Part shown: positions 1-9,604 of the stretch, one piece after another
Numbering within the stretch: position 1 is the stretch's first letter
How the letters are laid out: every line of letters starts with the position of its first letter
DNA from: Fervidicoccaceae archaeon
GTDB taxonomy: Archaea > Thermoproteota > Thermoprotei_A > Sulfolobales > Fervidicoccaceae
DNA length: 64,000 nt
Assembly: GCA_038734945.1 (NCBI GenBank)
Contig: JAVYOA010000009.1
Coordinates: 310,001 to 374,000, forward strand
Direction of reading: 5' to 3'
Notes under the pieces: generated by a model
Database searches by the model: none
What the model saw: the letters and a program-made list of their open reading frames with translations, nothing else
Told to the model about the DNA's origin: nothing
Made by a program: the position numbers and the translations under genes

Positions 1-2
1 GC

Positions 3-1871
3 GGAGGGATCCCCCTTCTTGCAATAATACTTCTAGCATCAATCGTTCAGCTCCTATCTCTTGAGACATTGAAAAGAGGACTGAAAAGTCTGATTGTTGG
101 AACCCCAATTATGGACTCTCTCATCGCTTTATCTTCCACAATTTCCTTCGTTTTTGGATTGTTTTTTTCAATATTGGAGCCATCACCATCTATAAGTCCA
201 GTCCACCCCACCTCATTCTTCGAGGCATCATCGGGAGTCCTCGGCTTTGTCGGTCTAGGAAAATATCTTGAGGGCAGACTCAGATATAGGGCAGCAAGTT
301 ATCTTAGAGAAATTGAGAGAACGATGGAGGGAAAAGCCAGGGTTTTAAGAGATGGAAGCTTGGTTGAAGTCGAAGCGAAGGAGCTTAAACCAAATGACAT
401 AATTGAGGTCAAGAATGGTGAGAAAATTCCTGCTGATGGAATAGTGATAGAGGGAAAGGGCTATGTGAATGAATCAGCCTTCACAGGGGAGAGCTTGCCA
501 GTCTTCAAGACAAGTGAAAGGAGGGATAGTGTATTAGCGGGGACAATGCTGGTGTCTGGTTATATGAAGATTAGAGCAACGAGAGTTGGAAAAGATACCT
601 CCATTTCTCATATAGCGGCAAGTGCGAGGGAGGCACAGCTATACAAGCCCCGCTTTCAGATGATGGCAGATAGAATAGTTGGACGAATGACTTGGGCTGT
701 TATCATAATTGCTCTATCTTCCTTCTTAGCATGGTTCACCTATACACACAATATATCTCTTTCCCTAATTTTTACAGCATCTGTCTTGGCCGTTACTTGT
801 CCTTGCCCCCTTGGTATAGCAATTCCAATGGTTGTTTCCCTTGGTATTTCTAACCTTGCCAGAAAGGGGGTTATCGTAAGAAGGGGAGATGTATTCGAAA
901 GGGCAAAAAATGCCACAATGGTAATCTTTGATAAGACAGGAACGCTTACAAAAGGCAAGCCGAAGGTAGCTAAATTTATTTCTTTGAGCAATCAAAACAA
1001 TATTGATTTTTTATCATATGTTTGCTCCATTGAGAAGAAAAGTGAGCATATTCTGGGAGAGGCAATACTGGAGTTTTGCGCGGCTAAAGGTATAGAAAAA
1101 GCCGACGAACCCTCAGATTTTGAGAACTTTCCTGGTCTCGGAATTGTTTCCAGATTCAACGAGGAAATTTTCGCTGTAGGTAGCATCGAATTGATGAAAA
1201 AGATGGGAGCTCAAATTGAAGAAAGTGTTTATGATGAGGTGAGCAGAATAGGAAGAAATGGTGGTACCCCTATACTTGTATATCACAATGGCAGAGTTTG
1301 GGGGATATTCGAAATACATGATGAGCTTAGAGAGGAGGCAAAGGAGATTGTGGATTTCTTCAAGAAAAGGGGATTGAAGGTTGGAATTGCTAGTGGAGAT
1401 GTGGAAGAGAGCGTGAAGAATATAACTGAAAAAGTCGGTGCTGATTTTTTCAGAGCATCCCTAAGGCCTGAGGATAAGGCAGATCTCATTAGGGAGATGG
1501 AGAGTAAAGGGGAGAAAGCGGTCTTTGTTGGCGATGGAGTCAATGATGCAGTGGCTCTGGGGGCATCATTTCTCGGCATTTCCACAAGCAAGGCAGCAGA
1601 TATTGCGAAAGAAGCAGGAGACGTGGTTCTCGCTTCTGATGGCCTCAATGGACTGAAGGAACTATTCATTGTGAGCAACAAAGTTCTGAAGGGAGCCAAG
1701 GAAAATTTGATTTGGGCTTTTCTCTACAATGGAGTGCTAATTCCAGTTGCATCAGGCCTTCTCTATCCTTTCTTCGGCATCATTCTTATGCCCCACTTTG
1801 CTGCTCTTAGCATGGTTCTCAGCGATATAACCGTAATACTTAATTCATTTAGGGTTCTCACTGTGGGTTAA
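3..1871 (+). CDS. copA: Heavy-metal (Cu+-type, P1B-1) translocating P-type ATPase, 5'-truncated by window edge
   Basis: TGES, CPC, DKTGTLT, GDGVND, YN and MxxS motifs; frame is open back to position 3. Confidence 0.9.
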   Translation, partial: GGIPLLAIILLASIVQLLSLETLKRGLKSLIVGTPIMDSLIALSSTISFVFGLFFSILEPSPSISPVHPTSFFEASSGVLGFVGLGKYLEGRLRYRAASYLREIERTMEGKARVLRDGSLVEVEAKELKPNDIIEVKNGEKIPADGIVIEGKGYVNESAFTGESLPVFKTSERRDSVLAGTMLVSGYMKIRATRVGKDTSISHIAASAREAQLYKPRFQMMADRIVGRMTWAVIIIALSSFLAWFTYTHNISLSLIFTASVLAVTCPCPLGIAIPMVVSLGISNLARKGVIVRRGDVFERAKNATMVIFDKTGTLTKGKPKVAKFISLSNQNNIDFLSYVCSIEKKSEHILGEAILEFCAAKGIEKADEPSDFENFPGLGIVSRFNEEIFAVGSIELMKKMGAQIEESVYDEVSRIGRNGGTPILVYHNGRVWGIFEIHDELREEAKEIVDFFKKRGLKVGIASGDVEESVKNITEKVGADFFRASLRPEDKADLIREMESKGEKAVFVGDGVNDAVALGASFLGISTSKAADIAKEAGDVVLASDGLNGLKELFIVSNKVLKGAKENLIWAFLYNGVLIPVASGLLYPFFGIILMPHFAALSMVLSDITVILNSFRVLTVG

Positions 1872-1918
1872 CCTTGTAGGTTTTTCAACGCTCTTGAATA
1901 ATTAGGAGTCGCAAGCCT

Positions 1919-2437
1919 CTAGAGGGATATACTTCTGTACCTTCTTATTGATGCTATGAAGCACATTGAAATCGTGAATATATTGAGACCTATAACTATG
2001 GGCGTTAATCTTATCCCCCATGGTGTATAATTTAAGATTAAGCCAATTAATGGTACAATTGCAAGACTTAGCCCAATAGAAAGGGCTAGCTCCTCAAGTG
2101 GTGAGAGCTCATCGGGTTTGTAGAGTGCTTGAATTAATGTGTAGCCTGGCAGGAATAAAACAGTAATTGAACCAAGCAAATATCGCAGAGGTAATAAAAG
2201 AGGAAAATCTTGTGTTATATAAATGAGTCCAATTGTGAGAAAATTAATTATCAAAACAGCATATATCCAAAGAGAATAATCCAACCTAAGTAGATATTGG
2301 GGAAAAGATTTTGGGGGATTTGGATCCTCTATAACTAAATCTCCACTAATATTCTTTTTATACAAATCCAAGATTTCATTCAATTTTCTCCATATTTTTT
2401 TCTCTTTAACCATATCTTCCAGAGTATTACTCGTCAT
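1919..2437 (-). CDS. DUF1616-like membrane protein (N-terminal TM half)
   Basis: LFLPGYTLIQALY...ELALSIGLSLAIVPLIGLILNYTPWGI signature; start moved to ATG 2437 behind a GGTGAT SD-like motif. Confidence 0.7.
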   Translation of the reverse strand: MTSNTLEDMVKEKKIWRKLNEILDLYKKNISGDLVIEDPNPPKSFPQYLLRLDYSLWIYAVLIINFLTIGLIYITQDFPLLLPLRYLLGSITVLFLPGYTLIQALYKPDELSPLEELALSIGLSLAIVPLIGLILNYTPWGIRLTPIVIGLNIFTISMCFIASIRRYRSISL

Positions 2438-2445
2438 AGCATTGA

Positions 2446-2931
2446 TCACCATGCCCCTATGCTTGTAACATTTAATCTGAGAAAGACGTATATCCCAGTA
2501 TAATTCCATTCATTCAAAGTGCTATTGAATATATATAGCTCAAAAACCAGTGTCTGATTAATCCATGGTTCATTGAAAACAACTTCCACCGGAATCGTGG
2601 CGTTGCATTCGTTGCAGAGAACGATATATTTAGTTAAAACTGGAGGAACATCAAGAGAAGTTCCATTGATTGGTATTTGACCATTTCCTATTTTACCTTG
2701 AATCATAAACAAGGCTGTATATCCCATGTAGTTTGCTAAATATAGATTCAATTTAACTTTCTCTCCAACAAAAACTTCTCTAGGATAATCTCCAATCTTA
2801 GCATCTTCTCCTAATAGGCCAAGAGATGCAAATCTCTCGGAACTTCTGGGTATTATCATTGCTACAGATAGAACTGAACCTACTATTGTCACAGCTAATA
2901 TTACAGCGAAAACCTCTTCATCAAGCCTCAT
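2446..2931 (-). CDS. DUF1616-like protein (C-terminal extracellular half with one TM anchor)
   Basis: P..ERFASLGLLGEDAKIGDYPREVFVGE..LNLYLANY resembles the DUF1616 C-terminal region; start at ATG 2931. Confidence 0.6.
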   Translation of the reverse strand: MRLDEEVFAVILAVTIVGSVLSVAMIIPRSSERFASLGLLGEDAKIGDYPREVFVGEKVKLNLYLANYMGYTALFMIQGKIGNGQIPINGTSLDVPPVLTKYIVLCNECNATIPVEVVFNEPWINQTLVFELYIFNSTLNEWNYTGIYVFLRLNVTSIGAW

Positions 2932-5290
2932 ACAGTCTTCCCTCCAAATATGTTTTTTCAATATAGGCTGGCCTATATCCATGCTCAACCAAGCTTTGGG
3001 CTATGATGTTATACTTCAAACTTAAAGAGTTCGAATTAATGATAAAGAATTGAGAACCCCTCGAAACTCCCTGGTTTTCCAGTTCTTTGACTAATGCATC
3101 TGCCTGCATCCTGTAATATTCAATAAGGTCCTTGAAGACTTTTGTATTTACTTCTGAGCTTATACTTATGCTTTTTTTAGGCCAACTCTCATAATCGAAT
3201 AGTGCCTCCACTTTTTCCGCTTTGATAATGGATTCTAAAGCTGCTAGAACTTCAATGCTTCGACCCTTCACCAAATAAAATCCTGTTCTGGGTACTTTAA
3301 GAAATAATACCTTTGATGATTTATCGCTTAGAATAGCACTATATGTTGCCTCTATAATCATATCTAACTCAACTTGGTTTGGAGCAGTCCAGTCTGCTAT
3401 AACAACAGTAGCATGATTCAGCTCGGAGATGGGGGTCGAAGCATACTCTTTGATAATTAGTTCTCCCATACTGGCACTTTTTTTCCAGTGTATATTCCTC
3501 GGAGAGTCTCCAGGGATATATTCTCTTACTCCAGCGTAATCCCCACGAAATGATTTACCTACTAATTTCTCATAAACATCGAAAACACTATGAGGAAAGC
3601 TCCAATTAAAGGTCCATGAACCACCTTTCCTGCTAATATTCAGCTCTCTAAATGAAGTAAAAAGTATGTAAGGAGCTCCAATTTCATTGATGTATTTCTC
3701 TAGAATGGCTCTAGCTTTTTTTCCAATTAAGCTTCTCTTAGGAATGATCCTAATTGTTGCATTTACAGGTCTAAATACCAATGTTGCTAGTCCCCTTTTA
3801 CCCCTAAGCTTTATGCCGACAACATATCTCTGCAACCCTGCATGTTCAGGTCTAAACGCCAAATCAACTTTAGCAGAATCGAGGATATCTAAGCTTCTAA
3901 CAAGCTTATTATTCAAGTACAAATATGCTTTTGCTTCTCCTCGCCCCCGTATGTTCATTTCGATTTTACCGGTATCCCCAAGATATATACTGAATGGCGC
4001 ATTAACCAATTCAACATTGAATACTGATAATTCAACATATTCAATAAAGACCGAAACAATTAACATAAATATAATAGCTATACCTGGTATGACAGTTACT
4101 GGTTCGAGAATATATATAGGAAAATAAATTAGAACTGCTCCCATTATATCGACAAATGGATTCTCTATATTGCTAATATTTGATAAATATTCCAGGAATA
4201 TAAGTATAGCTAGGAAAAAAATTATGACACCTATTAGAAAATTCAAATTAGAATTCAAATACAAATATAGAATGTTGAAGGATAATCCCAAAATAAATCT
4301 ATAGAAATTCCTAGCAAGAAAATACAGGGGAAGAAAAACTAAAAAAAGCGCAAAGTAGTAATTGCCAATTGTAAAGATACTATATAAGATTAATAAGGCA
4401 AATACAAGCTCAACTGCTGCTAGTAGTTTCCTATTTTCACTTTTTTCTCTAACTGATTTGCCTAGAACCAAAGCGCCTATTGTTGACAAGAAGGTCATCA
4501 TTAAAGCAACATAGGGGGTTATTCTTCCAGTTAGCTCTAGTACCTTTAAATACTCCAATAGATTTCCTGACAAAAAAGATTGATCTATAAAAACTTTTTT
4601 GCCCTTCAGCAGATTGTCTAAAAAGTTATTATTATAATTAATTATTGAATTCACAATTAGTCCATTTGCAGCAATGACATATAATTCCCCCTTCCCAATG
4701 CTATATCTTGCACCGATGATAAATGACCCGATGGGCTCATTCAAATCCCAGTAACCATTTCCATTGAGATCAACATATGAATAATTGCTGGTAGCTATGA
4801 TAGGCTCTCCTTGCTTTACATTGAATAGAAACGGTTCATAGATCGATACATTTGAATTATATATACTGCTTAAAGCAACCACTAATTTAGGGGTTCCTTT
4901 ATTTAAAACTGGATCGTAAACATGATAGTCAGAGACATAGTCTTTAATACCTAAACCGTTCAGAATACTATTGATAAACTGACCATTACCAGTGATTGCT
5001 ACCTCTCCACCATTCTCTATGAATATCTTCAATTTCTCTAGATCTACAGTTTTTGATTGATTTATTCCATTAACCAGCAAAATTGTATTATTTGAATTGA
5101 TTTTTGCCAGCTCATTGTAATCTAGCATTACAAGAGGTTTGTATTCCGCATAAAATCTAGATAGACCAAGATTCCCGTTATTTAATATGCTGTAATCGAT
5201 GTTGGAAGGCATAGTTAGCAATAATACAAGAAAGATAAGTACACCAATCAGTAGTGAAATTGTCAGAATGATACGCTTATTCTCAATCAA
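2921..5290 (-). CDS. DUF4350-like extracellular domain fused through TM helices to a DUF58 domain
   Basis: N-terminal TM then YS..N.GNLGLSRF and GKGELYVIA; central TMs; DUF58 motif GVREYIPGDSPRNIHWKKSA..ELIIKEY. Confidence 0.8.
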   Translation of the reverse strand: MIENKRIILTISLLIGVLIFLVLLLTMPSNIDYSILNNGNLGLSRFYAEYKPLVMLDYNELAKINSNNTILLVNGINQSKTVDLEKLKIFIENGGEVAITGNGQFINSILNGLGIKDYVSDYHVYDPVLNKGTPKLVVALSSIYNSNVSIYEPFLFNVKQGEPIIATSNYSYVDLNGNGYWDLNEPIGSFIIGARYSIGKGELYVIAANGLIVNSIINYNNNFLDNLLKGKKVFIDQSFLSGNLLEYLKVLELTGRITPYVALMMTFLSTIGALVLGKSVREKSENRKLLAAVELVFALLILYSIFTIGNYYFALFLVFLPLYFLARNFYRFILGLSFNILYLYLNSNLNFLIGVIIFFLAILIFLEYLSNISNIENPFVDIMGAVLIYFPIYILEPVTVIPGIAIIFMLIVSVFIEYVELSVFNVELVNAPFSIYLGDTGKIEMNIRGRGEAKAYLYLNNKLVRSLDILDSAKVDLAFRPEHAGLQRYVVGIKLRGKRGLATLVFRPVNATIRIIPKRSLIGKKARAILEKYINEIGAPYILFTSFRELNISRKGGSWTFNWSFPHSVFDVYEKLVGKSFRGDYAGVREYIPGDSPRNIHWKKSASMGELIIKEYASTPISELNHATVVIADWTAPNQVELDMIIEATYSAILSDKSSKVLFLKVPRTGFYLVKGRSIEVLAALESIIKAEKVEALFDYESWPKKSISISSEVNTKVFKDLIEYYRMQADALVKELENQGVSRGSQFFIINSNSLSLKYNIIAQSLVEHGYRPAYIEKTYLEGRLYEA

Positions 5291-7061
5291 CCCTCTCAGC
5301 CTCTTCAGCTATCTCATTGGCTATTTTGTCGGCCTCTTCATCGGCTGGTTTGTCACCAGAGTACAGATCTCTTTCAACTATGGTAAGAAGCCTCCACATT
5401 GCTTCAGACAAAATACTCTTCGATATAACCCTCCTGTAGTGCTCTCTCAGAGTTTCATAGTAATCAGGCTGTTGTAAGCGGAGTTTATTCAATAAATTGT
5501 AGTAAATGTTTACTAGCCTCGATTTAATACTGTACTTGATTCTATGTTTTGATGGAGCGCTTGCTGCTTTTGATCCTTGATTTGCTTTTGTCTTTTTAGC
5601 GCTTATATCAAAAGGTGGTATTATAAGAAATTCACTTCTAATATAATTGATTAATAGTATTGAGGCTATTATAAATGCTAATAAAAAGGAAACATTAACA
5701 TACATTATTTCTTTATGTAAAATTAATATTTGTGTTCCATATTCATTAACGAAGTAAACATCCATTTTCAAAATACTGGGAAAAAGTGAGAAAAAAGGTA
5801 TACCAATTTCATCTATGCTGTTATTTAGTGTCGAATTCAGGATTTCTTTATTGTTCACATATATTATTAAATCAACATCTTTATTCTCATAATTGACCAC
5901 TGTTACTGGAAGGGAACTTCGCCAACCAAAAACTATTAGAGGAGTCTGGACTTCTATATTCGGACTTTTAACTGCTACTGTGAAAGACTTCTCAATAGAA
6001 TATTGCACTGTAGTAGATGTGCTGCTAATGACAACCTTTAATTGGTTGATTCCAATTTTGAATAAAGTTGAGTTAAATGGGATAATGTATGTGTTAGCTC
6101 CAAGCAGAATACTCGTGTTTAGTACTTCAACATTATTTATTGACATTGTTACGTTGTATGTATTATCTGATTTCAAAGTTATTGATAAGTTATCTCCAAA
6201 GTTTATTGCCGGTTGAACTTCTACTGATACATTCGGATATCCATAGACAACCTCGAAAAGCTTAGTATAGCTCAAATTAAGATTATGAAAACTATACGTG
6301 ACCACTAAGGCCAGTTGGACAAGGTTTTCCACTACCAAGTCTTTCACTTCATTCAAATATGGTACTCTATAGGTAACAATACAACCGGTACTTCCACACG
6401 CGCTCCGATCTAGATCACTTAATTTTTTGAAAGTTGGCCAATGATCCACCTGGACTTTCAATATATTGACACCATCAACGAGAGGTGTTATATTTATGAC
6501 AAGGCTTTCACCTGGTTGAAATACCTTCTTAGGGATATCTACATTTACTAATTCCGGACCCTTTAGCATATTCAGTATGGATTGATATATGTTGGGATAT
6601 ATAGTGTTCACGAGCATGCCAACCAAATAGAGATCTTCGTTCTTCAATCGATTTGCTACATCTCTGGTAATTGAGCATGAAGCTAAGTAATTCACATAGG
6701 TATTAAGCGTAGTGTTAAAAACATCTCTGGTGTTAATTAGGGTTCTCAGCAATGTCAAAGCAGATTCATTGGTGTAGGCACCTTCTCTGAGATTTTCCAA
6801 TAAATTGAAATAATCTAAGAATGCTGTGTAAATTTTACTGTGAGGAGTTGAGATTTCACTTGGTAAGCCCATGTTCAATGCATCTTGAGCTAGCGCAAGT
6901 CCAGAAGAAATGTTATAGTTAACAGCATAATTCAACTCAAGGTTCAATAATTTAAGCAGATAACCGCAGTCAATATTTGTTTGCTCTTGAGATATTGCTA
7001 CATATGGGGATGATACAATAAAAAAGGTTAAAATTAGCAGAGAAGCAGCATTCTTGTTCAT
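5283..7061 (-). CDS. Secreted/membrane-anchored protein with beta-rich domains and C-terminal DUF4129-like domain
   Basis: Signal peptide, many N-x-S/T sequons, TM near residue 465, ETLREHY...ERDLYS tail typical of DUF4129. Confidence 0.6.
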   Translation of the reverse strand: MNKNAASLLILTFFIVSSPYVAISQEQTNIDCGYLLKLLNLELNYAVNYNISSGLALAQDALNMGLPSEISTPHSKIYTAFLDYFNLLENLREGAYTNESALTLLRTLINTRDVFNTTLNTYVNYLASCSITRDVANRLKNEDLYLVGMLVNTIYPNIYQSILNMLKGPELVNVDIPKKVFQPGESLVINITPLVDGVNILKVQVDHWPTFKKLSDLDRSACGSTGCIVTYRVPYLNEVKDLVVENLVQLALVVTYSFHNLNLSYTKLFEVVYGYPNVSVEVQPAINFGDNLSITLKSDNTYNVTMSINNVEVLNTSILLGANTYIIPFNSTLFKIGINQLKVVISSTSTTVQYSIEKSFTVAVKSPNIEVQTPLIVFGWRSSLPVTVVNYENKDVDLIIYVNNKEILNSTLNNSIDEIGIPFFSLFPSILKMDVYFVNEYGTQILILHKEIMYVNVSFLLAFIIASILLINYIRSEFLIIPPFDISAKKTKANQGSKAASAPSKHRIKYSIKSRLVNIYYNLLNKLRLQQPDYYETLREHYRRVISKSILSEAMWRLLTIVERDLYSGDKPADEEADKIANEIAEEAERVD

Positions 7062-7312
7062 TACTTTGAGAGCACCTCAAGGACTCTATAACTAATCATT
7101 ATAGCGAATATTAACAGGAGAACTATTTGGAGAATCCTTCCTGGCAATCCAGGATTTCTAAACGGTTTAACAATAGCATAAGTTATATAAAATATCAGAA
7201 TATTTACCGAGACATAAGCATCTACTCGAGTTTCATTCAGTAAAAAGAGAGAAGCGTTCAAAATGGAGGTCAATATAACGTAGGTCATCAAAAAAACATC
7301 AACTCGTCTCAT
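7061..7312 (-). CDS. Small membrane protein (3 TM)
   Basis: Hydrophobic ORF with start/stop overlaps to both neighbours. Confidence 0.6.
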   Translation of the reverse strand: MRRVDVFLMTYVILTSILNASLFLLNETRVDAYVSVNILIFYITYAIVKPFRNPGLPGRILQIVLLLIFAIMISYRVLEVLSK

Positions 7313-7997
7313 CACGTTCCAAGACCTCAAACTCATATGTTGCTTGGTCTATATTGATTGATTTGTTCTTCAACAATAAATTTTTGTCAGTTAGTCTGTT
7401 TAAAATTATCATCATCAAAAATGTTACGGGATCCAAGGGATATTTGTAAAAATCTAAAATTCTCTTATCTATCTCTACAAGAGATATTTTGATTGTTTTA
7501 TTAGAATATTCAACTCTCACTCTTTTAGATACTGGGAACTCCTCAGTAAGTAATTCGCCAAGTTCTGCTTCAATAGCATGCCCACTATCTTCATTAAGTT
7601 TCTCTATATCGTTCATCAAATCATCGACAGGTATAGCTAGATATGGGAGGTTTTTGTTAAATCCTAAACCTGCTTCAAGATGATTGAAATCTTTGCTATT
7701 AGTGAGAACCAAGAAGATTTTATCATCTTTTTTAACCAGTGCCGGCATTGCTTCAAGAAGTTCAAATTCCTCTATAGTGAGAGTAGCATATCTTGTTAGG
7801 ATATTAGAATAGTTTAGGAGAACATTAGATAATCCTTCTTTGGTTGAGAAACTTATTGCTATTATTACTAAACCTAAAATCACATTTGAAGCAAATAAGC
7901 CTACCAAGCTAGAACTATTAATCAGCAGTCCATATAGTGCGAGTAAAGCTGAAATTAAGGTAATATTTAAACCAAGGACAAAGTATTTCAGATCCAT
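7299..7997 (-). CDS. Hypothetical protein, two N-terminal TMs plus soluble domain
   Basis: 232-aa ORF within operon, overlaps neighbours. Confidence 0.6.
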   Translation of the reverse strand: MDLKYFVLGLNITLISALLALYGLLINSSSLVGLFASNVILGLVIIAISFSTKEGLSNVLLNYSNILTRYATLTIEEFELLEAMPALVKKDDKIFLVLTNSKDFNHLEAGLGFNKNLPYLAIPVDDLMNDIEKLNEDSGHAIEAELGELLTEEFPVSKRVRVEYSNKTIKISLVEIDKRILDFYKYPLDPVTFLMMIILNRLTDKNLLLKNKSINIDQATYEFEVLERDETS

Positions 7998-8650
7998 GGT
8001 TTTAACCCATAGACCATTGGCTTGAACATTATATCTAAACCTGTAATTAGATGCCCTTTATAAATTGACACATTTTTCAGGATGAATAGTAATATGTTGT
8101 ACAGACACGCTAAAATTCCTACAAAATACATTGGCGAAGTGTATAGAGCGGTTGCAGACAACGTTCTAGCTAGTATTGTTTCCTTTCTATCTCCCTCTTC
8201 TATTAATTGAGATGAGGATAAATCCAAAATACCAAGCAAACTATATTTGAGAGGATATTCTATTCCGACAACGAATCCAATATATACACCAATTATTGTT
8301 GCTAATGGTATATATAATGACAAGTAGTTTATTTTCTTTTTAATTAAGCCCCCAATAAATAAAGCTAGCAATGAGGCCGAAATGAAAATATCTACAAGGT
8401 TAACTAAGTTGAATATATTAAGTATCAAAAAAACAATATTCAGAGTTAAATTAAATCCAAGGACTAAGTTTAACCCAGCCAGGATTTTCGTTCTGAGTAC
8501 AGTAACTAAATTAAATAATATCAAAGCATATGACAAATATACCAAAAGGAATGTAGAAGGATGCAAAATTAATCTGTATAAAGAGTTAATAACTAAAATC
8601 ATAACTATCAGAACAATGCTTAATAGAAATTTCTTCTCCAACGTATTCAC
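7988..8650 (-). CDS. Hypothetical polytopic membrane protein
   Basis: 220-aa hydrophobic ORF with start/stop overlap to moxR. Confidence 0.6.
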   Translation of the reverse strand: MNTLEKKFLLSIVLIVMILVINSLYRLILHPSTFLLVYLSYALILFNLVTVLRTKILAGLNLVLGFNLTLNIVFLILNIFNLVNLVDIFISASLLALFIGGLIKKKINYLSLYIPLATIIGVYIGFVVGIEYPLKYSLLGILDLSSSQLIEEGDRKETILARTLSATALYTSPMYFVGILACLYNILLFILKNVSIYKGHLITGLDIMFKPMVYGLKPWI

Positions 8651-9597
8651 CTCGGAACAGCTACTTTGCGAAGCGCCTCTTCAACCAGGGAATTACCAGT
8701 ATAACCCTCAGACTCGTACTCAGCTTTGATTTTGACTCTATGAGCAATGACTGGAACGGCAACCTTCTTTATATCGTCTGGTATAACATAGTTTCTATTG
8801 TCCATCAATGCTATTACTCTGCTGAGTCTCAACAAATCAACTGTAGCTCTATGAGATGGACCATATTCAACCCTTTCATCACTCCTTAAATTCGAAACTA
8901 TCGCAACACTGTATTCCTTAATATTTTTCTCAACATACACTAACCTGTGTATTGAGTTAACAACATCAACAACTTCAACTAGTGTAGTAACTGTGTCAAC
9001 GGGTAGATTCATAATTATGTCAGCTTTATCAATTATTTCCAATTCTTCATCGAACTTGTTATATGTGCTCAGTACATTAGCGGAGAACCTATCCACAAGC
9101 GTCTCCATAACCTGAAAGGCTCCCCTAGCCATAGGAAATGGAATAGAGGTAGCTATCACGAGAAAAGGCTTCTGGAGCTGATATGTTTCGCCATCAACTG
9201 TGACCTGCTTTTCCTGCATTGCTTCGAGCAAGGCTGACTGGGATCTAGTAGATATTCGATTTAGCTCATCAATAAATAATATATTTGAAAAAACTGGTCC
9301 TGGGATATACACTTTTGTACCATCTAACCTGTAAACATGAAATCCTATTATATCACTTGGCAACACATCTGGGTGTCCTTGTATACGTTTATATTTACCT
9401 CCAATGACCTTCGCAAGAAGTTTTGCTAACAGGGTTTTGCCTGTGCCAGGATAGCCCTCAATCAATAAATGTCCTCCAGAAAACAGTGTTGCCACAGCTA
9501 ATTCCACTAGCTCTTTTTTCCCGACATAGGCCTTTGATATTTCTTTGAGTATGTTATTTACAATCTCTCTCGCTTGTTCGAAATTCATATCGTTCAT
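8647..9597 (-). CDS. moxR: MoxR family AAA+ ATPase
   Basis: GHLLIEGYPGTGKT, LPSDIIG, FIDELNR..RSQSALLEAMQEKQVT, PDDIK...HR. Confidence 0.93.
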   Translation of the reverse strand: MNDMNFEQAREIVNNILKEISKAYVGKKELVELAVATLFSGGHLLIEGYPGTGKTLLAKLLAKVIGGKYKRIQGHPDVLPSDIIGFHVYRLDGTKVYIPGPVFSNILFIDELNRISTRSQSALLEAMQEKQVTVDGETYQLQKPFLVIATSIPFPMARGAFQVMETLVDRFSANVLSTYNKFDEELEIIDKADIIMNLPVDTVTTLVEVVDVVNSIHRLVYVEKNIKEYSVAIVSNLRSDERVEYGPSHRATVDLLRLSRVIALMDNRNYVIPDDIKKVAVPVIAHRVKIKAEYESEGYTGNSLVEEALRKVAVPR

Positions 9598-9604
9598 TCA
9601 TTTA

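Noticed and set aside
560..570. TTAT+ATGAAGA in copA as a possible target of the copy-1 guide
   Set aside because: Only 7 nt of guide match; plausible by chance in AT-rich DNA
1872..1920. att-site duplication of the tRNA-Arg 3' end at the far island border
   Set aside because: No tRNA fragment or direct repeat found; no integrase in the window
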